DNA of 63,860 nt, counting the filler. It is 4 parts of 4 records of this genome, joined end to end, with 100 filler letters (N's around TTAATTAATTAA, not from the genome) between each part and the next. Parts side by side here need not be neighbours in the genome. Positions count along the whole stretch, not along the records: positions 25,519 to 51,468 come from SRR2962707_2593; 3 more parts are not named here. One strand, 5' to 3'. Positions 29,559-38,544 of the stretch are shown here, piece after piece. Both the position numbers and the translations under genes were made by a program. The notes below the pieces were generated by a model. That model saw nothing but the letters and a program-made list of their open reading frames with translations. It was not told the origin of the DNA and made no database searches. Every line of letters begins with the position of its first letter. The first letter of the stretch is position 1.

Positions 29559-30290
29559 CTAAGCAAATAGCCGATAGTAAATCGCGTTCGGCAAAAACTG
29601 CGCCAGACGAAACACCCAAGCGAAAGGAACGGGAAAGCTTCGGCTGAACTTACTTGAATTCATCAAAGTAAACACCTCATCCGCCGCGTCCTTCGGGGTC
29701 ATCAGCATCGGCATTTTGAAGTCGTTCTTGTCGGTTAAACGGGTTTTAATAAAGCCTGGATTGGCCAATTGAACGTCAACACCCGTCTGGCGCAGGTCGC
29801 AATACAGGCTTTCGGCAAGCGACATTACGGCCGCTTTGGACGCGGAATACCCAATGCTCCCCGGCAAACCACGAAACCCTGACAAAGAGCCAATGATCAC
29901 CACATGGCCATCGTTCTGACCAACCATCTTGGGCACGACGGCCCCCAAGACACGCACGGCCCCAAGGAAATTTACATCCGCCATAGCCAAGGCATGGTCC
30001 GTGTCCAAGTCTTTGGCGGTCATCGGCCAGTAAACACCGGCCAAAAACACCACACCATCGATTTCACCGATGTCTTGCCCTGCCAAAGCCACCGCTTCGG
30101 CGTCCGTCACGTCCAAAGGCAGGATTTCTGCACTACTGGGTAAATCGGCCTGAAGCTGCGCCAACCTGGCTTCGTCGCGCGCAGACAGGACCAGAGTTGC
30201 CCCCATCGCGCTTAGCTTATGGGCCAGCGCGGCCCCAAGTCCTTCGCTCGCCCCAACCAACCAATACCGTTTGCCGTGCCACGTTCTCAT
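29559..30290 (-). CDS. Short-chain dehydrogenase/reductase
   Basis: GASEGLG, YSASK and NPGFIKT. Confidence 0.92.
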   Translation of the reverse strand: MRTWHGKRYWLVGASEGLGAALAHKLSAMGATLVLSARDEARLAQLQADLPSSAEILPLDVTDAEAVALAGQDIGEIDGVVFLAGVYWPMTAKDLDTDHALAMADVNFLGAVRVLGAVVPKMVGQNDGHVVIIGSLSGFRGLPGSIGYSASKAAVMSLAESLYCDLRQTGVDVQLANPGFIKTRLTDKNDFKMPMLMTPKDAADEVFTLMNSSKFSRSFPVPFAWVFRLAQFLPNAIYYRLFA

Positions 30291-30853
30291 GCGGGTTCGA
30301 CACGACGCATGGTTGCAACGAGTTCAGCGACTTTCAGACCGTATTTGCGAAACTGGCTACGGTTCACAATTGTGCCGTTGGGGGCAAGATACATCCAGTC
30401 GGTGACGTTCAACACATGGCCGCCTGCGTCTTCTTCCAGACGAATTCGGTAACGAAGGTTAACCGCGCTGCCTATTTGCTCGCCCGTTCCGGCACCGACC
30501 AAATCAGAGGCCGTCGCCCGGATCTTTCCGTCATTGCCAACTTTCAACGCCCATTCGCGCAGCTGGACTTTGCCGGAATCATACTCGAAACGCTCCTTCA
30601 TGATCCCGCTATTGCCGTTCCAACTGGCGTCAAAATCTCCGACAAAGCGAGAAACGACCCGCCCTGTCGGACCGTAAAGCACCCCTTCGCATGCGATCGG
30701 TCCGTTAAGATGTTTGCGTAGATCGAATTGCTCCCCCGTATGAGAGGCATAGTCCGACGCCTTTTGCCCAGCAAAACCAAAAATGTTGCTCCGCACGAAT
30801 ACAAGGCCAGCAACAAGCGCCGCGCCCAGAATGATATAAAATAGTGGATCCAT
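30287..30853 (-). CDS. DUF3833-like protein
   Basis: FDLRKHLNG, ERFEYDSG, ATASDLVG and DWMYL..NRS; operon context with the DUF1365 gene. Confidence 0.8.
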   Translation of the reverse strand: MDPLFYIILGAALVAGLVFVRSNIFGFAGQKASDYASHTGEQFDLRKHLNGPIACEGVLYGPTGRVVSRFVGDFDASWNGNSGIMKERFEYDSGKVQLREWALKVGNDGKIRATASDLVGAGTGEQIGSAVNLRYRIRLEEDAGGHVLNVTDWMYLAPNGTIVNRSQFRKYGLKVAELVATMRRVEPA

Positions 30854-30937
30854 GTCAGGTTCCCTTTAATTTGTGCCCCGTCGTTCCGGGCGCTTGATTT
30901 GGCAGAAGTCAGTCTCAACGTTTGGTAGAACAAGCAA

Positions 30938-31690
30938 TTACGACACGTCGGACAAAGGCGGTTCTGGCCTTGACCGGTATCGCGCACCCTTGAACTTCAA
31001 CTTAAGGGCCTGCCAATAAATTAGGGTCAAAACGCGGCGGGATCCGAATGGGCGCCGAAGGAGTGAAAGTAGAATCGCCCGGTTGGTCAACGGATTGCGT
31101 GGTCCCGTCAGCGTGGCCATCACACCGTTTTCACCAGCAGAAAAGTCAATCCAAATCCCAATGCGGTCGTCACTGATATCCAGACGAAAGACATATTCTC
31201 CCCCGACAGGCTGAAAGGGAGACACATGAAAAATCTTGGCGGCTGATATGCGATCGCTCGGCGCAATCACAGACCGGTCGGGTTTTACACAAAGATAGGA
31301 ATGCCGATCTCCGAAAGTGTTGGACACCTCGGCCAACATCGCGATCAGCTGCATATCTGAATTGTGACACAGCCAAAAACTCACCGGGTTAAAAACATGG
31401 CCCAGGATACGCGGCTGAGCCAGCAAATATATAGGACCGTTCACCGGTATGTCATGGGTTTCGAGAACGTCCTTCACCCAAGCCACGCCAGTCCCTTTAT
31501 TCGGGGCGCCCCCGTGGTCTTTGTCGAACAGGGCAGCAACGTTTAACCTGTTTCGCGAGAACAGCCACGGTGTGGACTCTGTTTCTTCTGCGTCCAACAA
31601 AACGTAATCGACAGAGTAACGGAATTTATTATCCACGCTGCCCTTTCGACCATGCCAAGTTTGGCCGGCGATATGCTCTATTGGTTTCAT
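30938..31690 (-). CDS. DUF1365 protein (UfaO-like)
   Basis: PRILGHVFNPVSFW, EVSNTFGDRHSY, KIFHVSPF and IYWQALKL. Confidence 0.88.
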   Translation of the reverse strand: MKPIEHIAGQTWHGRKGSVDNKFRYSVDYVLLDAEETESTPWLFSRNRLNVAALFDKDHGGAPNKGTGVAWVKDVLETHDIPVNGPIYLLAQPRILGHVFNPVSFWLCHNSDMQLIAMLAEVSNTFGDRHSYLCVKPDRSVIAPSDRISAAKIFHVSPFQPVGGEYVFRLDISDDRIGIWIDFSAGENGVMATLTGPRNPLTNRAILLSLLRRPFGSRRVLTLIYWQALKLKFKGARYRSRPEPPLSDVS

Positions 31691-32982
31691 GCGGCTGTCG
31701 AAACCTGTGACCGAGCCGTGATTGCATCAGCAACTTCCAGACCACTGGATAGCCCGTCTTCATGGAAGCCGTTTTTCATCCAAGCACCACAGAACCAAGT
31801 GTGGGCCGTGCCGTTAAACGCCTGAACCGATTTTTGCGCGCCCAGGGCAGCCAGATCATAGACCGGATGGCGTAGAACAGTCTCGTCATAGATCATGTCT
31901 TCGCGAATTGTGCGCACGCTGTTCAAAGTCACAAACATTGGGTCATTTTTCGGTATCGGTTGCAGGCAATTCATCCAATACGTCAAATCGATTGTGTTCA
32001 TTTCTTTCTTACTATCTTCCGTGTAATTCCAAGCAGACCAACAAGCTTTGCGTTTTGCCATGACGCTACTGTCGGCATGCAATACCACTTTATTTGGTTG
32101 ATAGCGCACTGCACCTAGCGCAGCGGTCTCGTGTGGCTGTGCGTCACTTAGCAACCGAAGCGTATCGTCTGAGTGGGTAGCAAACACCACCTCATCGAAA
32201 GCCTGCCAGTCGCCACCGAACGCCTTGACCTCGGCCCCTCCAAGGGTCCGGCGCACCGCGTCGATTGGAGCGCCTAGGCGTGTCACAACGCCCTGCCGCT
32301 TCAAGGCCTTTTCCAAACGGCTGACATAGGCGACTGAACCGCCATCCACCGTATACCATTGATGCTGCCCTGTGTGGCTCAGCAATGCGTGGTTCTCAAA
32401 AAACTGAATCAACGCATGCGCAGGGAAGTTGAGTACCTGATCTGTCGGCGTTGACCAAATCGCTCCGGACAAAGGCAGCAGATAATAGTCACGGAACCAA
32501 GCCCCAGTACCCATGTTGTCCAAAAAATCCCCCAAGGACAGAGTTCTGTCATTGGCAGCGTCCAAAGCCTGCGCATTAAAACGCAAGATGTCGCGGATCA
32601 TGCCCAGAAAACGGGGATCAAAGGCATTGCGCTTTTGAGCAAAGACCGCACGCAAATTGGCGAGCCCGTATTCCATCGCCCCACCCTTGAGGGACGCCGC
32701 AAAGCTCATATCGCTTTTGACGACCGGCACGCCGAGGTCATCGAACAGGCGTGTCAGGTGCGGATAATTGGCGTAGTTGAACACGATAAACCCAGTGTCC
32801 ACCGGTTGGTCCCCGCGTTCTCCGGCGACGATTGTCCGCGCATGCCCACCCAAGCGTGGCTCCGCCTCAAACAATGTGACCTCATGATGCTCTGCCAACC
32901 TATGGGCAGCACCCATTCCAGAAATACCTCCGCCGATAACTGCAATTTTCCGAGAGTTTGGATGGGATGCTTCAAATGGCAT
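31687..32982 (-). CDS. FAD-dependent oxidoreductase, amine-oxidase-like (UfaD-like fatty acid desaturase)
   Basis: IAVIGGGISG, RLGGHART, VDTGFIVFNYANYP and GAWMKNGFHEDG; ATG at 32982. Confidence 0.9.
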   Translation of the reverse strand: MPFEASHPNSRKIAVIGGGISGMGAAHRLAEHHEVTLFEAEPRLGGHARTIVAGERGDQPVDTGFIVFNYANYPHLTRLFDDLGVPVVKSDMSFAASLKGGAMEYGLANLRAVFAQKRNAFDPRFLGMIRDILRFNAQALDAANDRTLSLGDFLDNMGTGAWFRDYYLLPLSGAIWSTPTDQVLNFPAHALIQFFENHALLSHTGQHQWYTVDGGSVAYVSRLEKALKRQGVVTRLGAPIDAVRRTLGGAEVKAFGGDWQAFDEVVFATHSDDTLRLLSDAQPHETAALGAVRYQPNKVVLHADSSVMAKRKACWSAWNYTEDSKKEMNTIDLTYWMNCLQPIPKNDPMFVTLNSVRTIREDMIYDETVLRHPVYDLAALGAQKSVQAFNGTAHTWFCGAWMKNGFHEDGLSSGLEVADAITARSQVSTAA

Positions 32983-33020
32983 TTCGAATTGGCTCCAGCG
33001 TTTAAGAACTATGCAAAGGA

Positions 33021-33046
33021 TACGGGGGGCCGGTTCAACTGGATGA
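33021..33046 (-). promoter_or_regulatory. Candidate sigmaE (RpoE-ChrR type) promoter
   Basis: The minus strand reads TCATCC-N16-CGTA, close to the TGATCC...CGTA consensus, about 40 nt upstream of the ufaD-like gene. Confidence 0.6.
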
Positions 33047-33245
33047 CTATTTTCTAAAGAAGCCAACTGTTTTGCAGTAACGGGTATGCGCCGGGTTTTG
33101 AATTCTGCGGTTTTCGATGGGTCCAATTCGTACCGGGTTACGCGTATCGGAAACATCTCGGACGCAAAAAACGACTAACAGGTCGGGATTGTTATTCTGT
33201 GCCTTCCAGAATTGTTTAGATATGCTGTCAGCAGGGAGACCCAAC

Positions 33246-36011
33246 ATGTCCGATACTATCCGTTTTACGCTTGATGGCGAAGAAGTCGAAGCGCGCAAGG
33301 GCGATACCATTTGGGAAGTTGCCAACGGACGTGGTCTTGTTATCCCGCATCTTTGCCATAAGCCCGCCCCCGGATATCGACCCGACGGCAACTGTCGCGC
33401 CTGTATGGTCGAAATCGAAGGCGAACGAACCTTGGCCGCATCCTGCATTCGCGAACCCAATGAAGGGATGATCGTTACGACACAATCCAACCGCGCCAAA
33501 TCGGCACGAAAAATGGTTGTAGAAATGTTGTTGGCTGACCAACCGGATCGCGATGTCGCCCATGATAAGTCCTCACATCTTTGGGACATGGCGGAATTGA
33601 ATGGCCTGTCAGAAAGCCGTTTACCCTCAATTGAGGCAGAGCGCATTCCGTTGCTCGACAACAGCCATGTCGCCATGAACGTCAATCTGGATGCCTGCAT
33701 TCAATGTGGTCTCTGCGTCCGTGCTTGTCGCGAAGTGCAAGTGAACGACGTCATAGGCATGGCGGGCCGTGGTCATGACGCTTACCCGGTTTTTGATCTC
33801 GCCGATCCGATGGGTGACAGCACCTGTGTTGCCTGCGGCGAATGTGTTCAGGCCTGCCCGACAGGCGCATTGATGCCCGCCACTGTAATGGATGAAGCTC
33901 AGACTGGCGACAGCGGCGATTTTGACTCCGAAGTCGACAGTGTTTGTCCGTTTTGTGGTGTTGGCTGCCAGATCAGTCTTAAGGTCAAAGACGGCCGCGT
34001 CAAATTTGTCGAAGGGATTAACGGTCCGGCGAACGAAGGGCGTCTCTGTGTCAAAGGCCGCTTTGGGTTTGACTACATTCACCACAACCACCGCCTGATC
34101 ACCCCGTTAATCCGACGCGACGACGCCCCTGCAAAGGGTTTGAATGTTGACCCAGCCAATTGGCAAACTCACTTCCGCGAAGCGAGCTGGGATGAAGCCC
34201 TGGAATTTGCCGCGAACGGTCTAAAAGGACGCGGCCGCGAAGTTGCCGGTTTTGGATCGGCAAAATGCACCAATGAAGAAGCCTACCTGTTTCAAAAAAT
34301 GATCCGGCAAGGGTTTGGCCACAACAACGTCGATCATTGCACGCGCTTATGTCATGCGTCTTCGGTTGCGGCTTTGATGGAGAATGTTGGATCCGGCGCT
34401 GTGACGGCCACATTTAACGAAATCGAAAACGCGGATGTTGCGATTGTCATCGGAGCCAATCCGATTGAAAATCATCCAGTGGCCGCCACCTACTTCAAAC
34501 AGTTCACCAAACGGGGTGGCAAGCTGATCGTGATGGATCCCCGCGGCCAAGCGCTCAAACGTTTTGCCAGCCACATGCTTCAATTCCGCCCCGGTGCCGA
34601 TGTGTCGATGCTCAATGCAATTATGCATGTGATCGTCGAAGAGCAGCTTTATGACAGGCAATACATCGAAGCCTATACAGAGAACTGGGAAACCGAAAAG
34701 GCGCATCTGGCTGATTTCTCACCGGAAAAGATGGCGGATATTTGCGGTATTGATGCAGAAACTCTGCGCGATGTTGCCCGCACCTTTGCTGGTGCCAAGG
34801 CGGGAATGATCTTTTGGGGCATGGGGGTCAGTCAACACATCCACGGCACCGACAATTCGCGTTGCCTCATTTCATTGGCATTGATGACAGGACAAGTCGG
34901 TCGCCCCGGCGCGGGTCTGCACCCGTTACGAGGGCAAAACAATGTGCAAGGCGCATCTGACGCCGGAATGATCCCAATGTTTATGCCTGACTACCAAAGC
35001 GTAACCGATGACGGCGTGCGCAGTGCTTTTACCGATGTTTGGGGAACTGAGGACTTTTCGTCTGAGAAAGGTCTGACTGTCACCGAAATTCTGGACGCCG
35101 TGCATGCGGGGGACATTAAGGCCATGTATGTGCTAGGGGAAAATCCAGCCATGTCTGATCCAGATGTTGAGCATGCCCGAGAAGCCCTAGCCAAACTGGA
35201 TCATCTTGTTGTTCAAGATATCTTTATCACGGAAACCGCTAATTTCGCCGATGTGATCCTGCCTGCGTCAGCCTTTGCAGAGAAATCCGGTACGGTCACC
35301 AACACCAACAGGCAGGTTCAAATGGGGCGCCCCGCAGTACCGCCTCCCGGTCTGGCCAAGCAAGATTGGTGGATCGAAGTTGAACTGGCCAAACGGCTTG
35401 GGTTGGGTTGGGCTTACGAGAGTCCGGCAGATGTCTTTGCAGAAATGAAACTGAACATGGCATCGCTGGACAACATCACATGGGACCGCCTGGAAGCCGA
35501 GAATGTCGTGACATACCCGTCGCTTTCCGCCACCGATCCGGGTCAGTCAATTGTATTCTCAGACGGTTTTCCCCGTGAGAATGGCCGAGCCAAATTTACG
35601 CCTGCGAATGTAATCGCGCCAGATGAAAGCCCGGATGCCGACTATCCAATGATTCTGACAACAGGTCGCCAGCTGGAACATTGGCACACGGGCTCAATGA
35701 CACGGCGATCAACGGTTTTGGATGCCGTTGAACCCGAAGCGAACTGTTCATTGCATCCCTCGACCCTTCGAAAACTCGGGGTTGAACCCGGTGGCTTAGT
35801 CCGTCTGACCACACGGCGTGGCTCTGTTGAGGTCATGGCGAGATCTGACCGTGCCGTTGCGCCCGATATGGTGTTTTTACCCTTTGCCTTTGTCGAAGCC
35901 GCCGCAAACATTTTGACCAATCCAGCATTGGACCCATTCGGCAAAATCCCCGAATTTAAGTTCGCTGCTGTAAAGGTCGAAAAGGCAGAAAATCAGGTGG
36001 CGGCCGAATAA
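33246..36011 (+). CDS. fdhF: Cytoplasmic formate dehydrogenase alpha subunit (FdhF/FdsA type)
   Basis: N-terminal [2Fe-2S] (IPHLC, CRAC), two CxxCxxCxxxC motifs, CPFCGVGC...LCVKG, HCTRLCHASS and LRGQNNVQGASD; RBS GGGAG before the ATG at 33246. Confidence 0.94.
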   Translation: MSDTIRFTLDGEEVEARKGDTIWEVANGRGLVIPHLCHKPAPGYRPDGNCRACMVEIEGERTLAASCIREPNEGMIVTTQSNRAKSARKMVVEMLLADQPDRDVAHDKSSHLWDMAELNGLSESRLPSIEAERIPLLDNSHVAMNVNLDACIQCGLCVRACREVQVNDVIGMAGRGHDAYPVFDLADPMGDSTCVACGECVQACPTGALMPATVMDEAQTGDSGDFDSEVDSVCPFCGVGCQISLKVKDGRVKFVEGINGPANEGRLCVKGRFGFDYIHHNHRLITPLIRRDDAPAKGLNVDPANWQTHFREASWDEALEFAANGLKGRGREVAGFGSAKCTNEEAYLFQKMIRQGFGHNNVDHCTRLCHASSVAALMENVGSGAVTATFNEIENADVAIVIGANPIENHPVAATYFKQFTKRGGKLIVMDPRGQALKRFASHMLQFRPGADVSMLNAIMHVIVEEQLYDRQYIEAYTENWETEKAHLADFSPEKMADICGIDAETLRDVARTFAGAKAGMIFWGMGVSQHIHGTDNSRCLISLALMTGQVGRPGAGLHPLRGQNNVQGASDAGMIPMFMPDYQSVTDDGVRSAFTDVWGTEDFSSEKGLTVTEILDAVHAGDIKAMYVLGENPAMSDPDVEHAREALAKLDHLVVQDIFITETANFADVILPASAFAEKSGTVTNTNRQVQMGRPAVPPPGLAKQDWWIEVELAKRLGLGWAYESPADVFAEMKLNMASLDNITWDRLEAENVVTYPSLSATDPGQSIVFSDGFPRENGRAKFTPANVIAPDESPDADYPMILTTGRQLEHWHTGSMTRRSTVLDAVEPEANCSLHPSTLRKLGVEPGGLVRLTTRRGSVEVMARSDRAVAPDMVFLPFAFVEAAANILTNPALDPFGKIPEFKFAAVKVEKAENQVAAE

Positions 36012-36030
36012 ACGCCACCCGACATTTCGG

Positions 36031-36312
36031 TTAGCCCAACAATTTGACGACAGAGCGACCGGATTTGTTTCGCAAGGCATGGACAGGCGCAAGCTCTGGA
36101 TCGCGGATCCAAGCTTTAGCGGCCTCTGTGTCCGGGAAGGACAGAACAGCCAACATCGACGGCAAGCTACTTTCGCCTTCTAGCAATGATGGATTGGGAG
36201 AGGCAGACACGAGGCTACCGCCATGTTTTGCAAGGGCCTCCCCAGCTTTTTCACGATAGGCGGCCAAGGCCACTTTGTTGGTGATCCACATTTCCACAGT
36301 TGCATAGGTCAT
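36031..36312 (-). CDS. DUF1330-like protein
   Basis: AYREKA...KHGG..LEGE...VLSFPDTEAAKAW...ALR pattern; divergent from the LysR gene. Confidence 0.8.
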   Translation of the reverse strand: MTYATVEMWITNKVALAAYREKAGEALAKHGGSLVSASPNPSLLEGESSLPSMLAVLSFPDTEAAKAWIRDPELAPVHALRNKSGRSVVKLLG

Positions 36313-36372
36313 CGTTTTCTCCTGATTTGATGATCAGAAAGTAGCTTGCGACACCTCACGCGAAAACGCGTG

Positions 36373-36397
36373 TTATTGCATTTGCGACATGCAATAA
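36373..36397. promoter_or_regulatory. LysR-type operator
   Basis: TTATTGCAT-N7-ATGCAATAA inverted repeat containing T-N11-A, in the divergent promoter. Confidence 0.7.
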
Positions 36398-36404
36398 TGC
36401 ATGC

Positions 36405-37274
36405 ATGGATGCACGATGGGACGATCTCAAAGCCGTTTGGCACTTGGTTCGCGAAGGCACTCTGGCTGGGGCCGCTGCGAACCTCGGTGTCGCCTATACG
36501 ACCGTTGCGCGGCGGGTGGCCCGGGCCGAAGCGGATCTTCAGGTTATCTTGTTTGACCGGCTGGCAGACGGTTACGTTGCCACAGAGGCAGGCAAAGATG
36601 TCGCCGGGTATGTCGCCCAAATGGCGGACCAGCAAACAGCACTGATGCGTCATTTGTCTGGGCAAGATCAAACACTGACCGGACGGCTCACGATAACAGC
36701 CCCTCAATTGCTCATCTCAACCTGCCTTTGTGAAGTTCTGGATGCCTTTTTAAACGTGCACCCGGACGTCACCCTGGATGTGCGCGCAACAAACGATTTG
36801 CTGGACCTCACGCGGCGCGAAGCGGACCTTGCCATTCGTATCAGCCATACCCCCGGAGATTCCCTGATGGGCCTGCGCCTGACCGAACAGTTTCAGGGCA
36901 GTTTCGCCTCGGTCGACTGGGCTCAAAAGTTGAAAAAAACTCCCCAAACCCGCATTGATTGGATCATGCATAATTCTGCTTCGGGTCCTCCCAAGGCTTC
37001 TTTGGTCACGCATCCAAATGCACGCGTGAAACTGATTTTCGATGACATGATCCCCATTTTGGGAGCCGTACAGGCGGGTATGGGTGTCGCGCGCCTGCCC
37101 TTGTTCTTGGGTCGCCGAACACCTGGACTGGTCCCTGTCCCACTTATGCCACCGCAACGCTATCAACCTATCTGGGTCGTTGCGCATCGTGACGTCTGGA
37201 AAGCCGCAAAGGTTCGCGCATTTCGACATAACCTTCAAAACTACTTTCGTCAAAACGCGGATCTGTTCATTTGA
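36405..37274 (+). CDS. LysR-family transcriptional regulator
   Basis: WDDLK...GTLAGAAANLGVAYTTVARRVARAE HTH; DLTRREADLAIR. Confidence 0.93.
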   Translation: MDARWDDLKAVWHLVREGTLAGAAANLGVAYTTVARRVARAEADLQVILFDRLADGYVATEAGKDVAGYVAQMADQQTALMRHLSGQDQTLTGRLTITAPQLLISTCLCEVLDAFLNVHPDVTLDVRATNDLLDLTRREADLAIRISHTPGDSLMGLRLTEQFQGSFASVDWAQKLKKTPQTRIDWIMHNSASGPPKASLVTHPNARVKLIFDDMIPILGAVQAGMGVARLPLFLGRRTPGLVPVPLMPPQRYQPIWVVAHRDVWKAAKVRAFRHNLQNYFRQNADLFI

Positions 37275-37365
37275 TCCCCCCTGTGAATTGACGGAACGTT
37301 TTGGCTGACAGGTGTCTCTGATCACCGCATAGTCTGAATAAGTTTCAGGGATCAGGAGAGTTTTC

Positions 37366-38544
37366 ATGTCAGATGATATCGTCATTCTGGACGGCGCGCG
37401 CACGGCAATCGGTACATTTGGCGGCGCGGTTGCGAACACACCGCCAATCACACTAGGGGCGACAGCCGCGAAAGCCGCTTTGGAGCGCTCTGGTGTTGAA
37501 GGTGGGCAAATCGGCCATGTTGTCTTTGGACATGTCATCAACACAGAACCTCGGGATATGTATCTTAGCCGCGTCGCAGCGATGGATGCCGGTATTCCGG
37601 ACACGACACCGGCGATGAACGTTAACCGTCTGTGTGGCTCTGGCGCACAAGCCATCGTGTCTGCGGTTCAGTCCTTGATGCTGGGGGATGCAGAGTTTGC
37701 ACTGGCCGGTGGTGCCGAAACGATGAGCCGTTCGCCTTTTATTATCCCGGATCAACGCTGGGGCGCTAAAATGGGGGACGTCCGCACGCTCGATATGATG
37801 CTCGGCGCGCTCAATTGCCCCTTTGGGACGGGGCACATGGGGGTCACAGCGGAAAACGTGGCGGCTGAGCATGACATTGCGCGCACCGAACAAGACGCCT
37901 TTGCGCTTGAAAGCCAGGTCCGAGCCGCCCGTGCGATTTCAGAAGGCCGTTTTGCCTCACAAATCACGCCGGTCGAGGTGCGCGTAAAACGCGACATGGT
38001 TGCTTTCGACACAGATGAGCATCCCAAATCCACAACGGCCGAGGCTTTGGCGGGGCTCCGCACCGTTTTCCAAAAAGACGGCACCGTGACAGCGGGGAAC
38101 GCCAGCGGAATCAACGATGGCGCGGCGGCAATTGTCATGGCAACGGCACAGGCCGCTGAAAAAGCAGGCCTAAAGCCCAAGGCGCGTGTGTTGGGCTACG
38201 CCCACGCCGGGGTGCGCCCCGAGGTGATGGGCATAGGTCCGGTTCCTGCTGTTCAAGCGCTCCTTGACCGAACGGGCCTGAGTCTAGACGATTTCGACGT
38301 GATAGAAAGTAACGAAGCCTTTGCCGCACAGGCGCTGGCAGTAAACAAAGAGCTTGGCCTTGATCCTGCCAAAGTGAACCCAAATGGTGGCGCCATTGCT
38401 TTGGGTCATCCCGTCGGGGCGACCGGTGCCATTCTGACCGTTAAAGCGCTGTATGAGCTCGAAAGGATCGGCGGTACCAAGGCGCTGATCACCATGTGCA
38501 TTGGCGGCGGTCAGGGGATCGCCCTTGCCATAGAACGGATCTAG
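37366..38544 (+). CDS. Acetyl-CoA C-acyltransferase (beta-ketothiolase, BktB-like)
   Basis: [27 protein letters not shown] and MCIGGGQG. Confidence 0.95.
   Translation: MSDDIVILDGARTAIGTFGGAVANTPPITLGATAAKAALERSGVEGGQIGHVVFGHVINTEPRDMYLSRVAAMDAGIPDTTPAMNVNRLCGSGAQAIVSAVQSLMLGDAEFALAGGAETMSRSPFIIPDQRWGAKMGDVRTLDMMLGALNCPFGTGHMGVTAENVAAEHDIARTEQDAFALESQVRAARAISEGRFASQITPVEVRVKRDMVAFDTDEHPKSTTAEALAGLRTVFQKDGTVTAGNASGINDGAAAIVMATAQAAEKAGLKPKARVLGYAHAGVRPEVMGIGPVPAVQALLDRTGLSLDDFDVIESNEAFAAQALAVNKELGLDPAKVNPNGGAIALGHPVGATGAILTVKALYELERIGGTKALITMCIGGGQGIALAIERI

Noticed and set aside
24006-36011. Two formate dehydrogenases close together; possible selenocysteine
   Set aside because: They lie on different contigs separated by an artificial linker, and both have Cys at the active site (RICH, RLCH).
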